From positions 1,420,025 through 1,484,024 of the forward strand of contig MCFH01000004.1 in NCBI GenBank assembly GCA_002104945.1: a DNA stretch of 64,000 nt, in the 5' to 3' direction. The DNA comes from Piromyces finnis finn. Taxonomy: Eukaryota; Fungi; Neocallimastigomycota. The position numbers and the translations under genes are program-made. This document shows positions 13,825-26,824 of this stretch, piece by piece. The notes beneath the pieces were generated by a model. That model was not told the origin of the DNA and made no database searches. It worked only from the letters and a program-made list of their open reading frames with translations. The number at the start of each line of letters is the position of its first letter. Within the stretch, counting starts at the first letter, position 1.

Positions 13825-16823
13825 TTAATTCACGGTCATAATTTGAGTTGTAGAAAATTCCTGAGAAATACTACAATTCATAGGAATTTTTTTACAAAGA
13901 TGGTAATATTGAATGTTTGACTTCCAACGTTTAAAGAAACTACTATTTTTATTATTTTGACGGTATAAAATATTATTTGTATAATCTTCATCAAATTCGT
14001 CTTCTCCGCAAAAGTCAATAACATTAGAGGTAGAAATAATGGAGTCCATATTGCGGTTCTTATTATTTAAGGAAGATCTATCTCTTTTCATGAATATTAG
14101 TACAATTTTTATACCATAGATAATGGAAAAGTTGGTGATGAAAAGAAGAGAAAGAAGCATAGAATGAATGAAGAAAAAGACATCAAAATCTTTAATCATC
14201 ATAGAATTTACCACAAGGTATAAACTGTAGAAAATCGTATCTAAGGTAAGCGTAGAAGTAATACACCCAACATCGAATTCTGTATCCTTAACATTCCATT
14301 CTTCATACAATAAAAAGGCAATAACAAGGGTAATTATGATTTTTTCTGTTAACATGGTGTAATTCACCATTTTTCCAAGGGTGTGTTCCTGTGCACAAAA
14401 ATTATAATTGATTCCCTTTTCAAAGTATTCTGATTTTATGGTATATGGGGTAAGGAAGGAAAATCCATTCATTACCAAATCAAAAGAGATAAAGGTTAAA
14501 TAGAATAGGGTCTTGTTTTTTTGAAGCCATACTTTAAGTTGAAGTCTTTCCGGGAAATTTAAAATTAAATAGTATAAGAAGGGGACGTAGAATAAGGTAT
14601 ACCCGAAGCTTAATAATATTTTATTGAAATGACATTTTAATACGGTGACGATACCAAAATTAGAAAGCAAAAGGAATACATGGAATCCTAATCCAAGTAT
14701 GGTACATAACCAACCCATGCTATTCATAAAGTCAAAATGATTACTATTTTGATGAAGGTAGACAAAAATAGCGGTGTAGGTTAATAAAAATAGAAATAGA
14801 ATAGAGATAGAATGTACGGTAAATCCTATTGTAGATTTAGAATATTTTGCGGTAGCATAATGCATTTCTGAAATGTTACCAATATCGTATAAAACGTCCT
14901 CGGCATCACGATCATCGTACAAGTATTGATAGAGGTATTTCCTAAAATTATTGGAGTATTCATCGTAATCTTTGAAGAGAGAATTTTTACTGGTCATGGG
15001 TTGAATACTTTTAATTAATTCACAGTCAACCACCCTACAAACCTTTTCATCTTCATATACGCTTGGAATAGCGGAAGTGATGAGATGTTTTTTAACCAAT
15101 TTTTTTTGAATATTTACATGAGTCATGTATTTTATTATTTCTGCTGAAATCTTTTTTCTTTTTTCGGTAATAAAGGTGTTGATACCTATGGAAGCTCCCT
15201 TTACACACGATCCAGAAACACCTTCTTTTTTTCCAAATAAAGGAATTGCTTTATACACTTCATTTTCAAAATTAATATTCCAATATTTTAAAAAAAGGGC
15301 ATTACCATTAATAAGACTAGATACCGTATCAATATCATTATTATAAAATATTTCATCTAACCGAATAATAATTTTAATCATTTTAATATCATATATATGA
15401 TATAAAAATTAATATATATTTAAAGTTTAAGATTTATATATATATATATTTTAAAATTTCAAAATAAAAAGAAATTGTAAATAATAAAGGATTTAAAACA
15501 TTTATATTAATAGTTAAAAAAAAAGATAATTAAAAACAACAACAACAACAACAATAATAATATTATTTAATATCTTACCAGAAGCAATTTCATCTTTAAT
15601 TTTTTTCATTGTTTTTAAAGCTTTGACTGCTTCTTTACTAGAGTAATTTGGAAAAGGTGCATCTTTTGAATCTCTAAAAGAATAAATAAATTCTTGGGCT
15701 GAAAATAAAGCAGTTTCATCATCTATTTTTTTTATTTATTTTATATAATTATAATAAAATTATTTAAAATATGATAAAATAAATAAATATATATACATAT
15801 ATTATAAAGCATCTTTTTTTTTTTTTTTAATTATTTTTTATTTTATTACTTGGAAAGAGTCCATTATATATAATTAAATTATCATCATTTTCTTTTTCTT
15901 TAATATATTTTCCTATTTCAATAAGTTCATCCCATGTTTTAGGTACATCTTTATTATATTTTTGTAAAAGATTCATATTTGCATAAATAACATCATATCC
16001 AACATGAATAGGCTAGTTCCACCATATAATTCATATCCAATTATTATAATAAATTGAAATTCGTATATATATAATATAGTAAATATAATTTTTATTTTTA
16101 TTCCACATTGAGATTTTTAAAAGTTTAATAAATTTATATGTATATATGTAATATCATTAGCAGAAATATTTAATTTTATTATTAATATTAGTATTCTTAT
16201 ATATATAATGCTTTTTTTTTAAAAAAACAAAAAACAATAACAACAAAAAAAAAAACATACCAATCCAATCCAACGATCATTGTCTATACATAAATCTGCT
16301 ACAGCACTAGAAACATAATTTGAAATATGATCTTCTGGTAAATATTCTTTTAAATCAACCAAGTAAGGTGAATATTTTTGAGAATTCATAATATCATAAA
16401 AAACAATATCATATTTTTGTGATGATTTATTTAATAGATAATCCAAAGCTGATCCATGATGATCAATAAAAACAGATGAATTTATATTACTGTATTGAGT
16501 CAGGCTTAATTCAACATCAAAATTATGTTTAATTGCATATTTATTAAATTTTGATACAAAAGTTTTATATATTTGATCATTATCGAAGGATGACAATACA
16601 ATTGAATTTAATAAAATTTTTTCACATTGACCTATTTATAAATATTATATAAGTGAGGGGAAGGAAAAAAAAATGATAAAATTAGTTTGTTTAATTGCTA
16701 TATATATATATATATATATTTTCTTTTTCTAAAAAAAAAAAAATAAAATTTGAATTATTGTAAATAGTTACATCTATAAATGAATTGTATAAAAATTAAG
16801 AATATTATATTGATTAAATCCAT
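13825..16823 (-). CDS. GPCR-like receptor: signal peptide, bacterial-type sugar solute-binding domain, class-C-like 7TM; multi-exon
   Basis: Predicted exon 1 MDLINIIFLIFIQFIYR (ATG 16823). SBP-like segments KYDIVFYD..YLVDLKEYLP, VPKTWDELIEIG and GKKEGVSGSCVKGASIGIN. About 7 hydrophobic segments in ORF 13825-15381. This architecture is established for anaerobic gut fungi. Confidence 0.85.
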
Positions 16824-18689
16824 TTTTTCATTTCCTAATATTATCTTATTTAAAAAGAAAAACAAACTATTTATTGAATTTTTTTTTTACAATAAAAGGT
16901 ATAAAATAGCTTAATTATGAACTTTATTTTTTTTAAAAAAAAAAAAAAAAAGGAATTAACTTTGCTTTAAATATTTTATTATTATTATTATTATTATTAT
17001 TATGAATATGTTTATGATTAGAAAAAAAAAAAAAAGTTTGATATAATTTAACATTAAAAAAAAAAAAAAAAAATAGTTGAATTAAGGTCCTTTTTTTTAG
17101 TTGGTGTTAATTAATTATACTGAAATTATCCAACTACCAAAAATCTGGAATTGAAATCCTATAAAATAAACTTTTCATTATCGAAGCATTATTTCATTTA
17201 ATTAAAAAAATTATATATATATATATATATTTTACACATAAAAACCTTATTTTAGAACAATATTCAATGAATTAATGTTTAGGTATATTGACGTAAAGAA
17301 TCTTTATAAAACTTTTAACCAATCCATTTATCTGTTATTATTTGTTATTAGTAATTATTTAAATTGTAATATTAACAATTTTTATTTTATTTTATTATTA
17401 GCAATTTTATATAATGTTGTATAAAAATTAATATTCTTTTATGACGGATTTTTAAGTAAATAAATATATACATAGAAAGTAAAATGCTAAAATTTAGAGA
17501 TAAAAAATATTCAGCATGCTATTTAAAACAATTCTTTTATATGCAAAATCAATAATTCTTAAGATTTATTACAGGAAAAAGAATTCTGTAAAATAAAAAA
17601 AAAAAAAAAAATTAGTTAGAAAAAAACAAAACCTTATTTATTATAATTTTATTTTTTAGTATGGAGGAAATAAAATAAAATAAATAAAATAAAAAAAAAA
17701 AAAAACCGCAATTCTAAGAATTTAGTTTATTTAATGATTCATTCTACTTTTTTAAAGGATGGATGATTTTAATAACTAAAAGTTATAATAAAAAATAATA
17801 ATTCTTACTATTTAGAATTTCATAATAACTAAAAGTAATTACTATTAAGAATTTCAAGTAATAATTGTAGGTTTTTTAATTTTTTTTTTTTTTTTTTTAA
17901 AAAATGGTGTTTAATGAATAAATAAACAAACAAATAAATATATATATATAAATTAAAGCTTTTTCATTTATAAGAGTAGTACTAAGTATTCACAATGAAT
18001 TATTTTTTATAATTTTATAAGCAATATAAAAATAGTCACTATTTGGGAAATATCAAATTTACCAAATAAATAATAGGTGGTCAAGAAAAAAAAAAAAAAA
18101 AAGCAAAGCATTAAATGTTACATATTAAGAATTAGCAAAAATTGAATAATATAAACCATAAAAAAATGTAGTGTAGTAGTTTATTATCCTAAAATATATA
18201 ATTAAAAATAAAACTGCCGCTATAATAATAACATTGTTGCCGCTGTTACTTTTCACCTATTGGCATTATTTAATTAAAAAAAAAAAAAAAGAAAAAATCT
18301 TTTATTAATAAAAATGTAAATAAAAATACTAACCCAAAAATATTAAAAATTATATAAATAATTAACTTTAAAAACTCATTAAATAAAAAACTACATAATA
18401 GATTTGTATACTATTTACTTTTTTCTTTATTTTTACATTTTTTTTTTTTACATTTATTATTATTATCATTACTATTGGATGAAACAATTCTATTTCCATA
18501 TTTATTCTAATAATCATCCTTTAATCTAAGGTACATATTAATTTTATACTATACAGAATTGTGTAATAATAATAATAATACATCTTTTGTGATGTTATCT
18601 ATGCTATCGCATTATAAAATGACATTTAGATCATTTTATTTATTTATTTATTTATTTATACTATATTCTTTTATGAACTATAAGTTTTT

Positions 18690-19493
18690 TTAAAATGACA
18701 ATAATAATAATCCTAAAGTAATGAATAAACCAGTGCTAATTTTAATAGTTGAGGCTCCACTACTTGGGTTAACACTAGCATCATTAGTGGTGCTAATGTT
18801 AGAATTACCACTAACAACATTACCAAGAGTACTACCATTACCATTAACGGCGCCAGTATTAGCAGGACCGTTGTAAACACCATTATTGACAGCACCATTA
18901 TTAAGGGCGTCTGTGTTAACAGCACCAGTATTAGTAGCACCAGCATTAGTGGTACCAGTGCTAGTAATACTAGTATTTGTAGCGCTAGTTTTAATAGTAG
19001 CACTAGAAGTTGTTCTTGGTTTGGAAGTAACTTTTTGGGTAGAATGAATAGTGGTGGTGGTAGTGCTTGGTTCAGCTGTAATAGCTGTAATACTTTTTGG
19101 TTCATTGACAGTTTTTGAAATTGTTTTGGTTTTAGTTACGGTAACTTTAGTGGTTTTTTTATCAGTTATACCGTCACTTAATTTTTTACATAATTCTTCT
19201 TGAGTTTTCTTTAATATAGCCATGTTGCTTGGTGAAATAAATGTAAATATTTCTGGTGAATCAACACATTTTGAGACTAAACTTCTAGCATTAGCATAAA
19301 AATCTTGACAAATTGAACTAGTAATAAGTTTACAATTTTTTTCGAAATTAGAAGCATCTGGTGTTGCTAAACATTCAGAATAGTTTCTAACTTCAGCACG
19401 ACATGCTTCACTGTTAAATAAATTTTTACCAATTACATCAGAATATACAGATGAAGCAGCTAATAAAGTGAAAACTGGAATTGAAAATCTCAT
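18690..19493 (-). CDS. Secreted Cys-containing, Thr/Ser/Asn-rich, probably GPI-anchored surface protein (paralog 1)
   Basis: Intronless 267 aa; signal peptide MRFSIPVFTLLAASSVYS, Cys-spaced domain, Thr-rich stalk, hydrophobic tail SGASTIKISTGLFITLGLLLLSF. Confidence 0.85.
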   Translation of the reverse strand: MRFSIPVFTLLAASSVYSDVIGKNLFNSEACRAEVRNYSECLATPDASNFEKNCKLITSSICQDFYANARSLVSKCVDSPEIFTFISPSNMAILKKTQEELCKKLSDGITDKKTTKVTVTKTKTISKTVNEPKSITAITAEPSTTTTTIHSTQKVTSKPRTTSSATIKTSATNTSITSTGTTNAGATNTGAVNTDALNNGAVNNGVYNGPANTGAVNGNGSTLGNVVSGNSNISTTNDASVNPSSGASTIKISTGLFITLGLLLLSF

Positions 19494-20924
19494 TTTTTTT
19501 ATTTATTTATTTCGTTTAGGGTTATATTATTATTATTTTTTTTATTTTTTTTTTTATTTTTTTACTTTTTCTATTTTTCTTTTTATTATAAATTTTAAAA
19601 TTTTATTTTTTTTAAAGTAAAAAGAAAATATAATTCTTTTTATTCTTCTGGTGTTTTATTTTTCTAATTATTAAACTTTGTTCCATACCAATGAAAATCA
19701 AATTGTAATTACATTGTAATAATAGAAAATACGCTTTAAACAATAAAACAATCATTGGAATTAAAACTTTAATTATTAATAAAAAAGTTTCTGTATATAA
19801 ATAACCACATAAAACATATTAAAAACTTTGAGGAATCAACGTGACTATAATGTAATACAATGTAATACAAAATACTATGTAAAATAATGAAAATTATTAT
19901 AATATTTATTTTTAATGAAAATTTATTAAGTAATTCTCTAGGTAGGGTTTTAATAATAAATAATTTTAAATTTATGATTTATTTAATTGCTTTTTCCTAT
20001 TATACTAATTTTATTAGAGTGTTAATATCCTGTTTACTCTGTATTATAAATGTACATTGTATTTTGTATATCAAAAAGGTAAGCCATATATAACCATATA
20101 TGGTATTACTAAATTAGTTTTCTTAAATTAAAAATAAATTAATTTTCTAAAATCTAAATTGTGTAACCAAACTTTAGTTTATATAAAATATTTACTTGAA
20201 ATAAAACCTTTAAAAAAAATATAAAGTTCTTTTATAAAGCATAAAGCATAACTGTTATATGGTGGCAAGTTGTTAGCTGCTAAGAATGAAAGAATAAAAG
20301 AAATAATAAAAGGATAAAAAGATATAATAAAGCAAAAAAAAAGAAAATAAAAAATATATATTTAAATTAGTTTAGTGAAAATATGGATATAAATACAAAT
20401 TGTACTTTTTCTATATTAAAAAGAATATTAAAAAAAAAAGTTAATATATTATCAAGCATTAGGATAGTGACTCATACTTTTTTAAATCTTTTTGTTACAT
20501 CCTATTATATAGATAGATATAAATATTTCGTGTAAGAGTTATGATTAAAAGATGAAAAAATAACAACTTTTTAAAAGTAATACTATAGATAGTATAAGAT
20601 GCTACTATTTGATTAAATTCTTGTTATAAAAATCACTTCTAATAACTTAACCATACTATCTTTTTATTAGTATTTTTTATTTTAGCATATAACCACAAAT
20701 CATTTGATTTGTGTTTGTAAAAAATTATTGACTACAATCCTAAAAAAATAACTTAAAGATTGGTGGTGATGATCCATTTAATAATAGTTTATATATTGAA
20801 AAGTATATAAAAAGAAACTATTACCCTTTTCCTTTTTTTTCTTTAAAAAATAAAAAAATTAAAACTAAAAAATAAAAATTATCTACTTTAAAATTTAATA
20901 TTATATTTAAAAATTATAAAAAAA

Positions 20925-21713
20925 ATGAAATTTGCACTTCCTTTTGTTGCTTTAGCTGCTGCTACTTCTGTTTACTCTAAAGCTATTAATTCTATTGGAT
21001 TTTTAGGTAAAAGAAGTGATATGAGTGTAGAATGTGCCAGAAATATTACACCATATTCAAATTGTTAAGCTGGTCCAGAAAATGGAGAAGATTACAAAAC
21101 AGTTTGTGCTTTCTATAAAAGTGAAGATTGTCAATATTTCTATAAAAATTTTAAAACTTTAATTACAAAATGCGATGATTCTCCAAGTGTTTCATCCTTT
21201 TTCCAACAAGGAAAAATTGATCAATTAGAAAAGGAGCATTCAATAATGTGTCAATTTGATGAAAATGGTAATGTTTGTCCATTTTCAAAATTATTCTATG
21301 AAGCAAGAATAGCTGAACTTGATACGGATAAAGCTTTACTTGATAAAGTTTGCAGTTCCAAAACCTGTTTTGATAAAACTACTGATGCTATTAGAAAATT
21401 AGGAAAGAATGATGTTGTAAATTCTTTAAACAAATTATGTAATGTATCTACTGGTAGTTCAACAACTAACACAGAAATTACCACAAAAACTGAAGAAAAA
21501 CAAAGCCAAGGTATCCAAAGTAGCCAAAGTAGCCAAAGTAGCCAAATTAACCAAAGTAACCAAAGTAACCAAAGTAGCCAAAGTAGCCAAAGTAACCAAA
21601 GTAACCAAAGTAACCAAAGTAACCAAAGTAGTCAAAGTAGTGGTGCTTCTTCCATTAAAATGAGTACTGGTTTATTCGTTTCATTAGGTTTAATAATGTT
21701 TTCTCTTTTCTAA
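20925..21713 (+). pseudogene. Paralog 2 of the Cys-rich GPI-type family with an in-frame TAA at codon 48 (21066-21068)
   Basis: MKFALPFVALAAATSVYS..YSNC*AGPENGEDYKTVC continues in frame to SGASSIKMSTGLFVSLGLIMFSLF. Paralogs have Leu at this position (ECL, DCL), so TTA>TAA; true nonsense mutation or base error. Confidence 0.75.
21515..21641 (+). repeat. 9-bp coding minisatellite (ccaaagtag/ccaaagtaa)n encoding QSSQSN repeats
   Basis: Read directly inside paralog 2. Confidence 0.9.
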
Positions 21714-22797
21714 GCCAATGAATTGAATACTATAGGAAAATAAAAAAAAAATGAATAAACAGTTGAATTAAATAATTCATAAAAAGTTAATAAATGAAAG
21801 TTGATAAGAAAATAAAATGATCTAAATGCCATTTTATTATAAAAATTAGATACTTAAATTTAATCAATAATATTTCTTTTAATATTAAAAAAGTAGCTTT
21901 AATAAATAATATAAAAAAGAAAATTTAAACATATATAAAATTAATAAAAAATTTAAAAAAAATACAAATTAAAATGTAAACATAAATATAAATAAATAAA
22001 TAAAAATAAAGAATAGAAAAAAAGAATGTTTAATGCGTGTTTTTAGTTAAGCGTTATTAAATATAATGTATATTGATTTTTTGAAATAATATTAACATTT
22101 AATTAGAAAAATAGAACTCTTCTTTTTTTTTTTAAAAAATTTTTTTTTTTTAATTTACCAAATTAAAATTAGTTAACAGAAAGTTCTATTATTCTTTAAA
22201 AGTTGCTTTTTTTTAATTTATTTTATATATATTATATGATATATATATATATATCATATAAAATATAAATTATAAACCTTAATTATTATAAATTGGTAAA
22301 TTTATAATTACATAAAATCCATAAATTTATTTACTACAAAAATCTTAAGTTATTGTCATGGTGTATACTTAAATTATGATTATCACGAGAAATTATTGTA
22401 CATAAATAAATGTTATTTCTTATTTTATTAATGTTTCTACATTTATTTTACATATTATTATAATATTAATAAAAAAAGTATTTAATCACAAAAACCCTTA
22501 AAAATAAAATTGCATTGAACCGAGTTATATCATATATGTGAGTGCAAAATGATATATATTTTATATAATAAAAAATCTTTATTTTTAAAAAGAATGCTGG
22601 ATAAGTTTATTTATTTCACAAAAAAAAATTACATTCTAAATTTTAATATTATATTCTTTTTTTTAAAAAAAAAAAAAAAAAAAATAGTAGCATAAATAAA
22701 TTTAAATTCATCAAATTTTTTATATGGAATCATTATGAAATATAGGAATATATATATAGGATTTAAAGAATATAAATAAATAGTTGTATAAATAAAT

Positions 22798-23332
22798 GCC
22801 CTATAGAACGTGTCTTCATTTATTTAATAAATGAAATTTCTCAAGGGCTCTACTCAAGTAGAAATAAATCCAAACATTTCGCAATGGATGTTTGGTTAGT
22901 CTTTATTGGAAAAAATATAAGGACAAAGCTCATGGTACTGAGAGAATAAAATAACATTTTTCCATCGAGTATTAAATTCAATACTATGACAATAATAAAT
23001 TTATTGAAATTAAAGATTTTATTAAATTATGTTATGAGTACCCAGAGTTTGCTCATGGTTTTTACTGGCTATTGAAAACAAGAAGCGGATACAAGTTGGA
23101 TACTAGAGTTACAAAAGCTGCTAAATTTGTTGATCCAGTTTGTCCTAACTACTGTCCATGTTGCAATAGTAAAGATCAAAATATTAAGCATTGGTTATTA
23201 AATTGCCCAACTTTTAGAGATATCCGTATTAAACATTACAATTCCATAGTCCAACTATTAAATTTTTCCAGTCAACGTAATTCCAACAGTCCTAATAATA
23301 ATAATGAAAATGTTAATATAAGTAGAGATAGC

Positions 23333-23364
<32 letters not shown>

Positions 23365-23575
23365 TAGTAATAGCAATAGCAATAGTGAAGATAATAATTC
23401 TAATTTAGATAGTAATTTAGTTAATAATAGTAATAGCTCTAATAATCCGGTGAATATTAATGTGTATGATTATTCTAGTCCATGTTCAAAAGGCTTGAAG
23501 CAACAGCCAAAAGAGTCAATGCCGAAGAAACAGTAAGACAGGCCAGGAGGGCCATCGCAACCAATGGATATCATA
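22798..23575 (+). mobile_element. Internally deleted non-autonomous derivative of the LINE at 58.8-64 kb
   Basis: 22798-22965 matches the monomer and hairpins at 59202-59395. From ~22974 it matches LINE 63607-64000 (aaagattttattaaattatgttatgagtacccagagtttgc.., CPCC..HWLL.CP knuckle), then reads SMFKRLEATAKRVNAEETVRQARR in another frame. Confidence 0.85.
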
Positions 23576-23640
23576 ATTTTGTCCCATGATAAAATTTTGA
23601 TCTTTGACTCGATGTCTCATTGGAAATCAAATACGTGACT

Positions 23641-23830
23641 TTCTTACTTTAATTAAAATTACTAGAATACATTATACCCAATTTTTATTCATTTATGTTT
23701 ATTTAAACCTATTTTTTTAATTTTTATTTATTTTTTATTTTTATTTTTATTTTTAATTATGTTTTTTATTACATGTATTATTATTTTAATTAAAATAATA
23801 AAGTTTAAAAATAGTTGATGCCGTTAAAAA
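23641..23830. repeat. Dispersed ~190-bp repeat, copy 1 (copy 2 at 55111-55279)
   Basis: Shared blocks actagaat(a/t)cattataccca(a/t)tttttattcatttatgttta and ttgatgccgttaaaa, in the same order and orientation. Confidence 0.7.
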
Positions 23831-24476
23831 AAATGTATAAATAAATTACAAATAACTGATACAAACAACTTTTTTTTTTTTTTTTTGACTAGTTCAAAAC
23901 TGAATTTTAAATTTCTTTTTTTTTAGAAAAAAAAAAATTTAAAAAATATATAAATACTTTTAATTTTCTTTCTTTACTAATGGCCATTTATTAATTTTTT
24001 TATTAGTAGGATAAATAAATACCAGAATAAAATTTTAAAAACTACACTTTCAATATTCCTTTATTGATAAAAATAATAAAAGCTATTATATATATTTAAT
24101 AAAATACCTTACAAATAATATTCATTTATTTATAGAAAATTAATATAATCATTTTGTATAATTATACTTTAATTCTAATTTCTAAACCTTTTTTTTTTTA
24201 AAAAAAAAAAAAATTAATATTGACACTTTAAAATTTTAACCCTTTAATGAATTTTTTTATTTTAAAAATAATTTGTATATTTTTTATTTATAATTTAATT
24301 TACAAAAGTATTTATATATATATTTTTAATAAGATAATTTATAATTTATATATTTTTTTTTTTTTTTACTTGAAAAACGAATCTAAATTACTATGACGTT
24401 ATAGTAATAAAAACATTTAAATATTTATAATTTTTAAAAATAATGATTATCACTCTTTCTATTAATTATATATAAT

Positions 24477-25106
24477 TTAGAAAGATAACATGACTAAAGC
24501 GACAGTAAGTAATAAACTAACAGTAACCTTTGTAGCATCACTAGATTGATTAACGTTAGTTTGGTTGTTTTCAGCGGTACTGTTACCAGCAACAACATTG
24601 TTAAGGGTACCATTATTAGCAGCAGCAGCATCATTAGCAACTGGATTAGCTGCAGAAGCATTAGTAGTTTCAGCAGAGGTAGCAGCAGTAGTAGAAGTCT
24701 TAGCTTCAGTCTTTGATTCAACCTTAGTAGTAGTTTTAGTCTTAGTCTTGGTAGTAGTAGTCTTTTTAGCTTCAGCTTCTTCCTTGAATTTCTTACAAGC
24801 CTTAGTATAATCCTTTTGTAATTCAGAAATCTTTTCTGGGGCAATAATACTAGTAACGGATTCACTACCAATGCAAGTACTAAGTAATTTATCAGCGTTA
24901 CTAAAGAAGTTTTCACATTCTTCACTGTTGATAATGCTACATCTTTCCTTGTAATCACCAGCAGTTGGTTTGATTAAACAATCAGTGTATTTACCAACAT
25001 CAGATTTACAATTACCACTAGCGTCCTTTAAGAACTTGGCAAAATCAATATTAGCGTAAGCAGAAGTAGCAGCAAGTAAAGCAACAACAGCAGAAGAAAT
25101 TCTCAT
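24477..25106 (-). CDS. Secreted Cys-containing, Thr/Ala-rich, probably GPI-anchored protein (paralog 3)
   Basis: Intronless 209 aa; signal MRISSAVVALLAATSAYA; Cys spacing as in paralog 1 (C..YTDCL..C..I.S..C..F....C); hydrophobic C-terminal tail. Confidence 0.85.
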   Translation of the reverse strand: MRISSAVVALLAATSAYANIDFAKFLKDASGNCKSDVGKYTDCLIKPTAGDYKERCSIINSEECENFFSNADKLLSTCIGSESVTSIIAPEKISELQKDYTKACKKFKEEAEAKKTTTTKTKTKTTTKVESKTEAKTSTTAATSAETTNASAANPVANDAAAANNGTLNNVVAGNSTAENNQTNVNQSSDATKVTVSLLLTVALVMLSF

Positions 25107-26329
25107 TTTGATTTAATTTTATTTTTTTAATTTTTTGGTTTGAGTTTTGTGTTTAACTTTTATTTTTTTAAAAAAGTTTTTTTTTTATTTTAATAATTAT
25201 ATTTATAATTAATTATTTTTGGATTTAATACTGGTCGTGGATTTATTCTTTCCTATTTATAGTCATTGAATTCTAATCCTTTAAACTGTTTTTTTTTTAA
25301 ATATCAAATATTTAAAATTGTGTAACCAAATCTTAACAATTATAAAATAATAAAATTTTAATAGTAAAATAACTTTAAATAAAATAAAAAAATAGTATTT
25401 ACAATATATTATTAATATATAAAATTTTATTGGTTAAGGTTGTTTAGCATTATAATTTTTTTTCAAGGTGGTCCCTAAAACATTCACCACCACCCACCTA
25501 ATAAACCTAAATGAATTATTGATAAAAAATACCATTAAAATAATAATATTTAAAATTTTATTTTATTTTTTTTTTTTTTAAAAAAGAGGTTATTTTTTTT
25601 TAATTATTAATTAGTAATATCTTTTTGATTGTTAAAACAATACTTAGATCATTTAATTAACAAACAAGGCTTAGCAACTCAAATTCTCACATTATTATTG
25701 TTTTTTTTTTTTTTTTTAAAAAATGCAATGTGATAATGATAACAACATATTAGATATACATTTATTATTATAAAAAATGAAGAATGTAATAAATAGATAA
25801 AAGTAGTATAATGAAAATCATTCATACTAATACTGTTCTTTTTAAAAAAAAAGTATTTAACTATTTTATTTTAAATAAATAATAAATTTTAAATTAATAA
25901 TAAATAATAATAAATAATAGATTTAATTATATTATTTAATATTTAATAGATTTAATTATATTATTTAATATTTAATAATAATAATAATTATAATAATTAT
26001 AATAATATTTAATTATAATATTTAATAATAATAATTATAAATAATATTTTAATAATAATAATTATAATAAATAATAATTATAACATTTAATAATAATATT
26101 TTAATAATAATATTTAATAAACTTATCATAAACTTTGAGATTTAATAAAATAAAAAAGGTAAAGCCATTTCCATTGTTAGTCTGTCGGTCAGTCATTAAT
26201 AAAATAAATAGAAACAAAATTTTATATCATATTATTTTTTACCAAAAGTTTAATTAATAGTATATTTAAACGATTGGTTTTTTTCAAAGAATTTTAAAAG
26301 GTTCAAAATTATTAAATAATAAAACAAAA

Positions 26330-26824
26330 CTTAGCATACATAAGGCTTCTGGTTCGACCCCGCAGATGTCAGTGCCTGTGGATTTTCCCACTGGGTTTGC
26401 CATGGGTTGGGTTATGATATTCAGGTAAGTATTAATGAACTTTCTAATTTACTACTATGATAATAACACTCGTCTAGCCGGCCTGAGAGGGTCTAGTGTA
26501 CATGGTACATTCCAAATTAGAACTTAATAAGTGGTGACTTAGGCTATGCCAAAAACACATAATATTCCTTAATCAATTTAAGTGTAAACATTAGGGGGCG
26601 GTTGACACGTGATCAAATTGACTATAAGAGGCTTAGCATTGTAGTTGTGAAATATCGTACAACGACATGCATCTAATGTACATGGATTAAGTGAGCGTCG
26701 AAGCTGAAGAAACAGTATGACAGACCAGGAGGGTCACAACCACCTAGCAATAGGAATGAGCCAACGTTTCTCTAAGAACCACCATTGGAGCTAACTCTGA
26801 TCGATGGGAGAAATGCACTCGGAA

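Noticed and set aside
25870-26120. Nearly GC-free (TAA)-like stretch with small duplications
   Set aside because: Ordinary low-complexity slippage for this genome.
26340-26375. tRNA gene
   Set aside because: Only a box B/T-arm-like piece; no D-arm, anticodon arm or acceptor stem can be folded.
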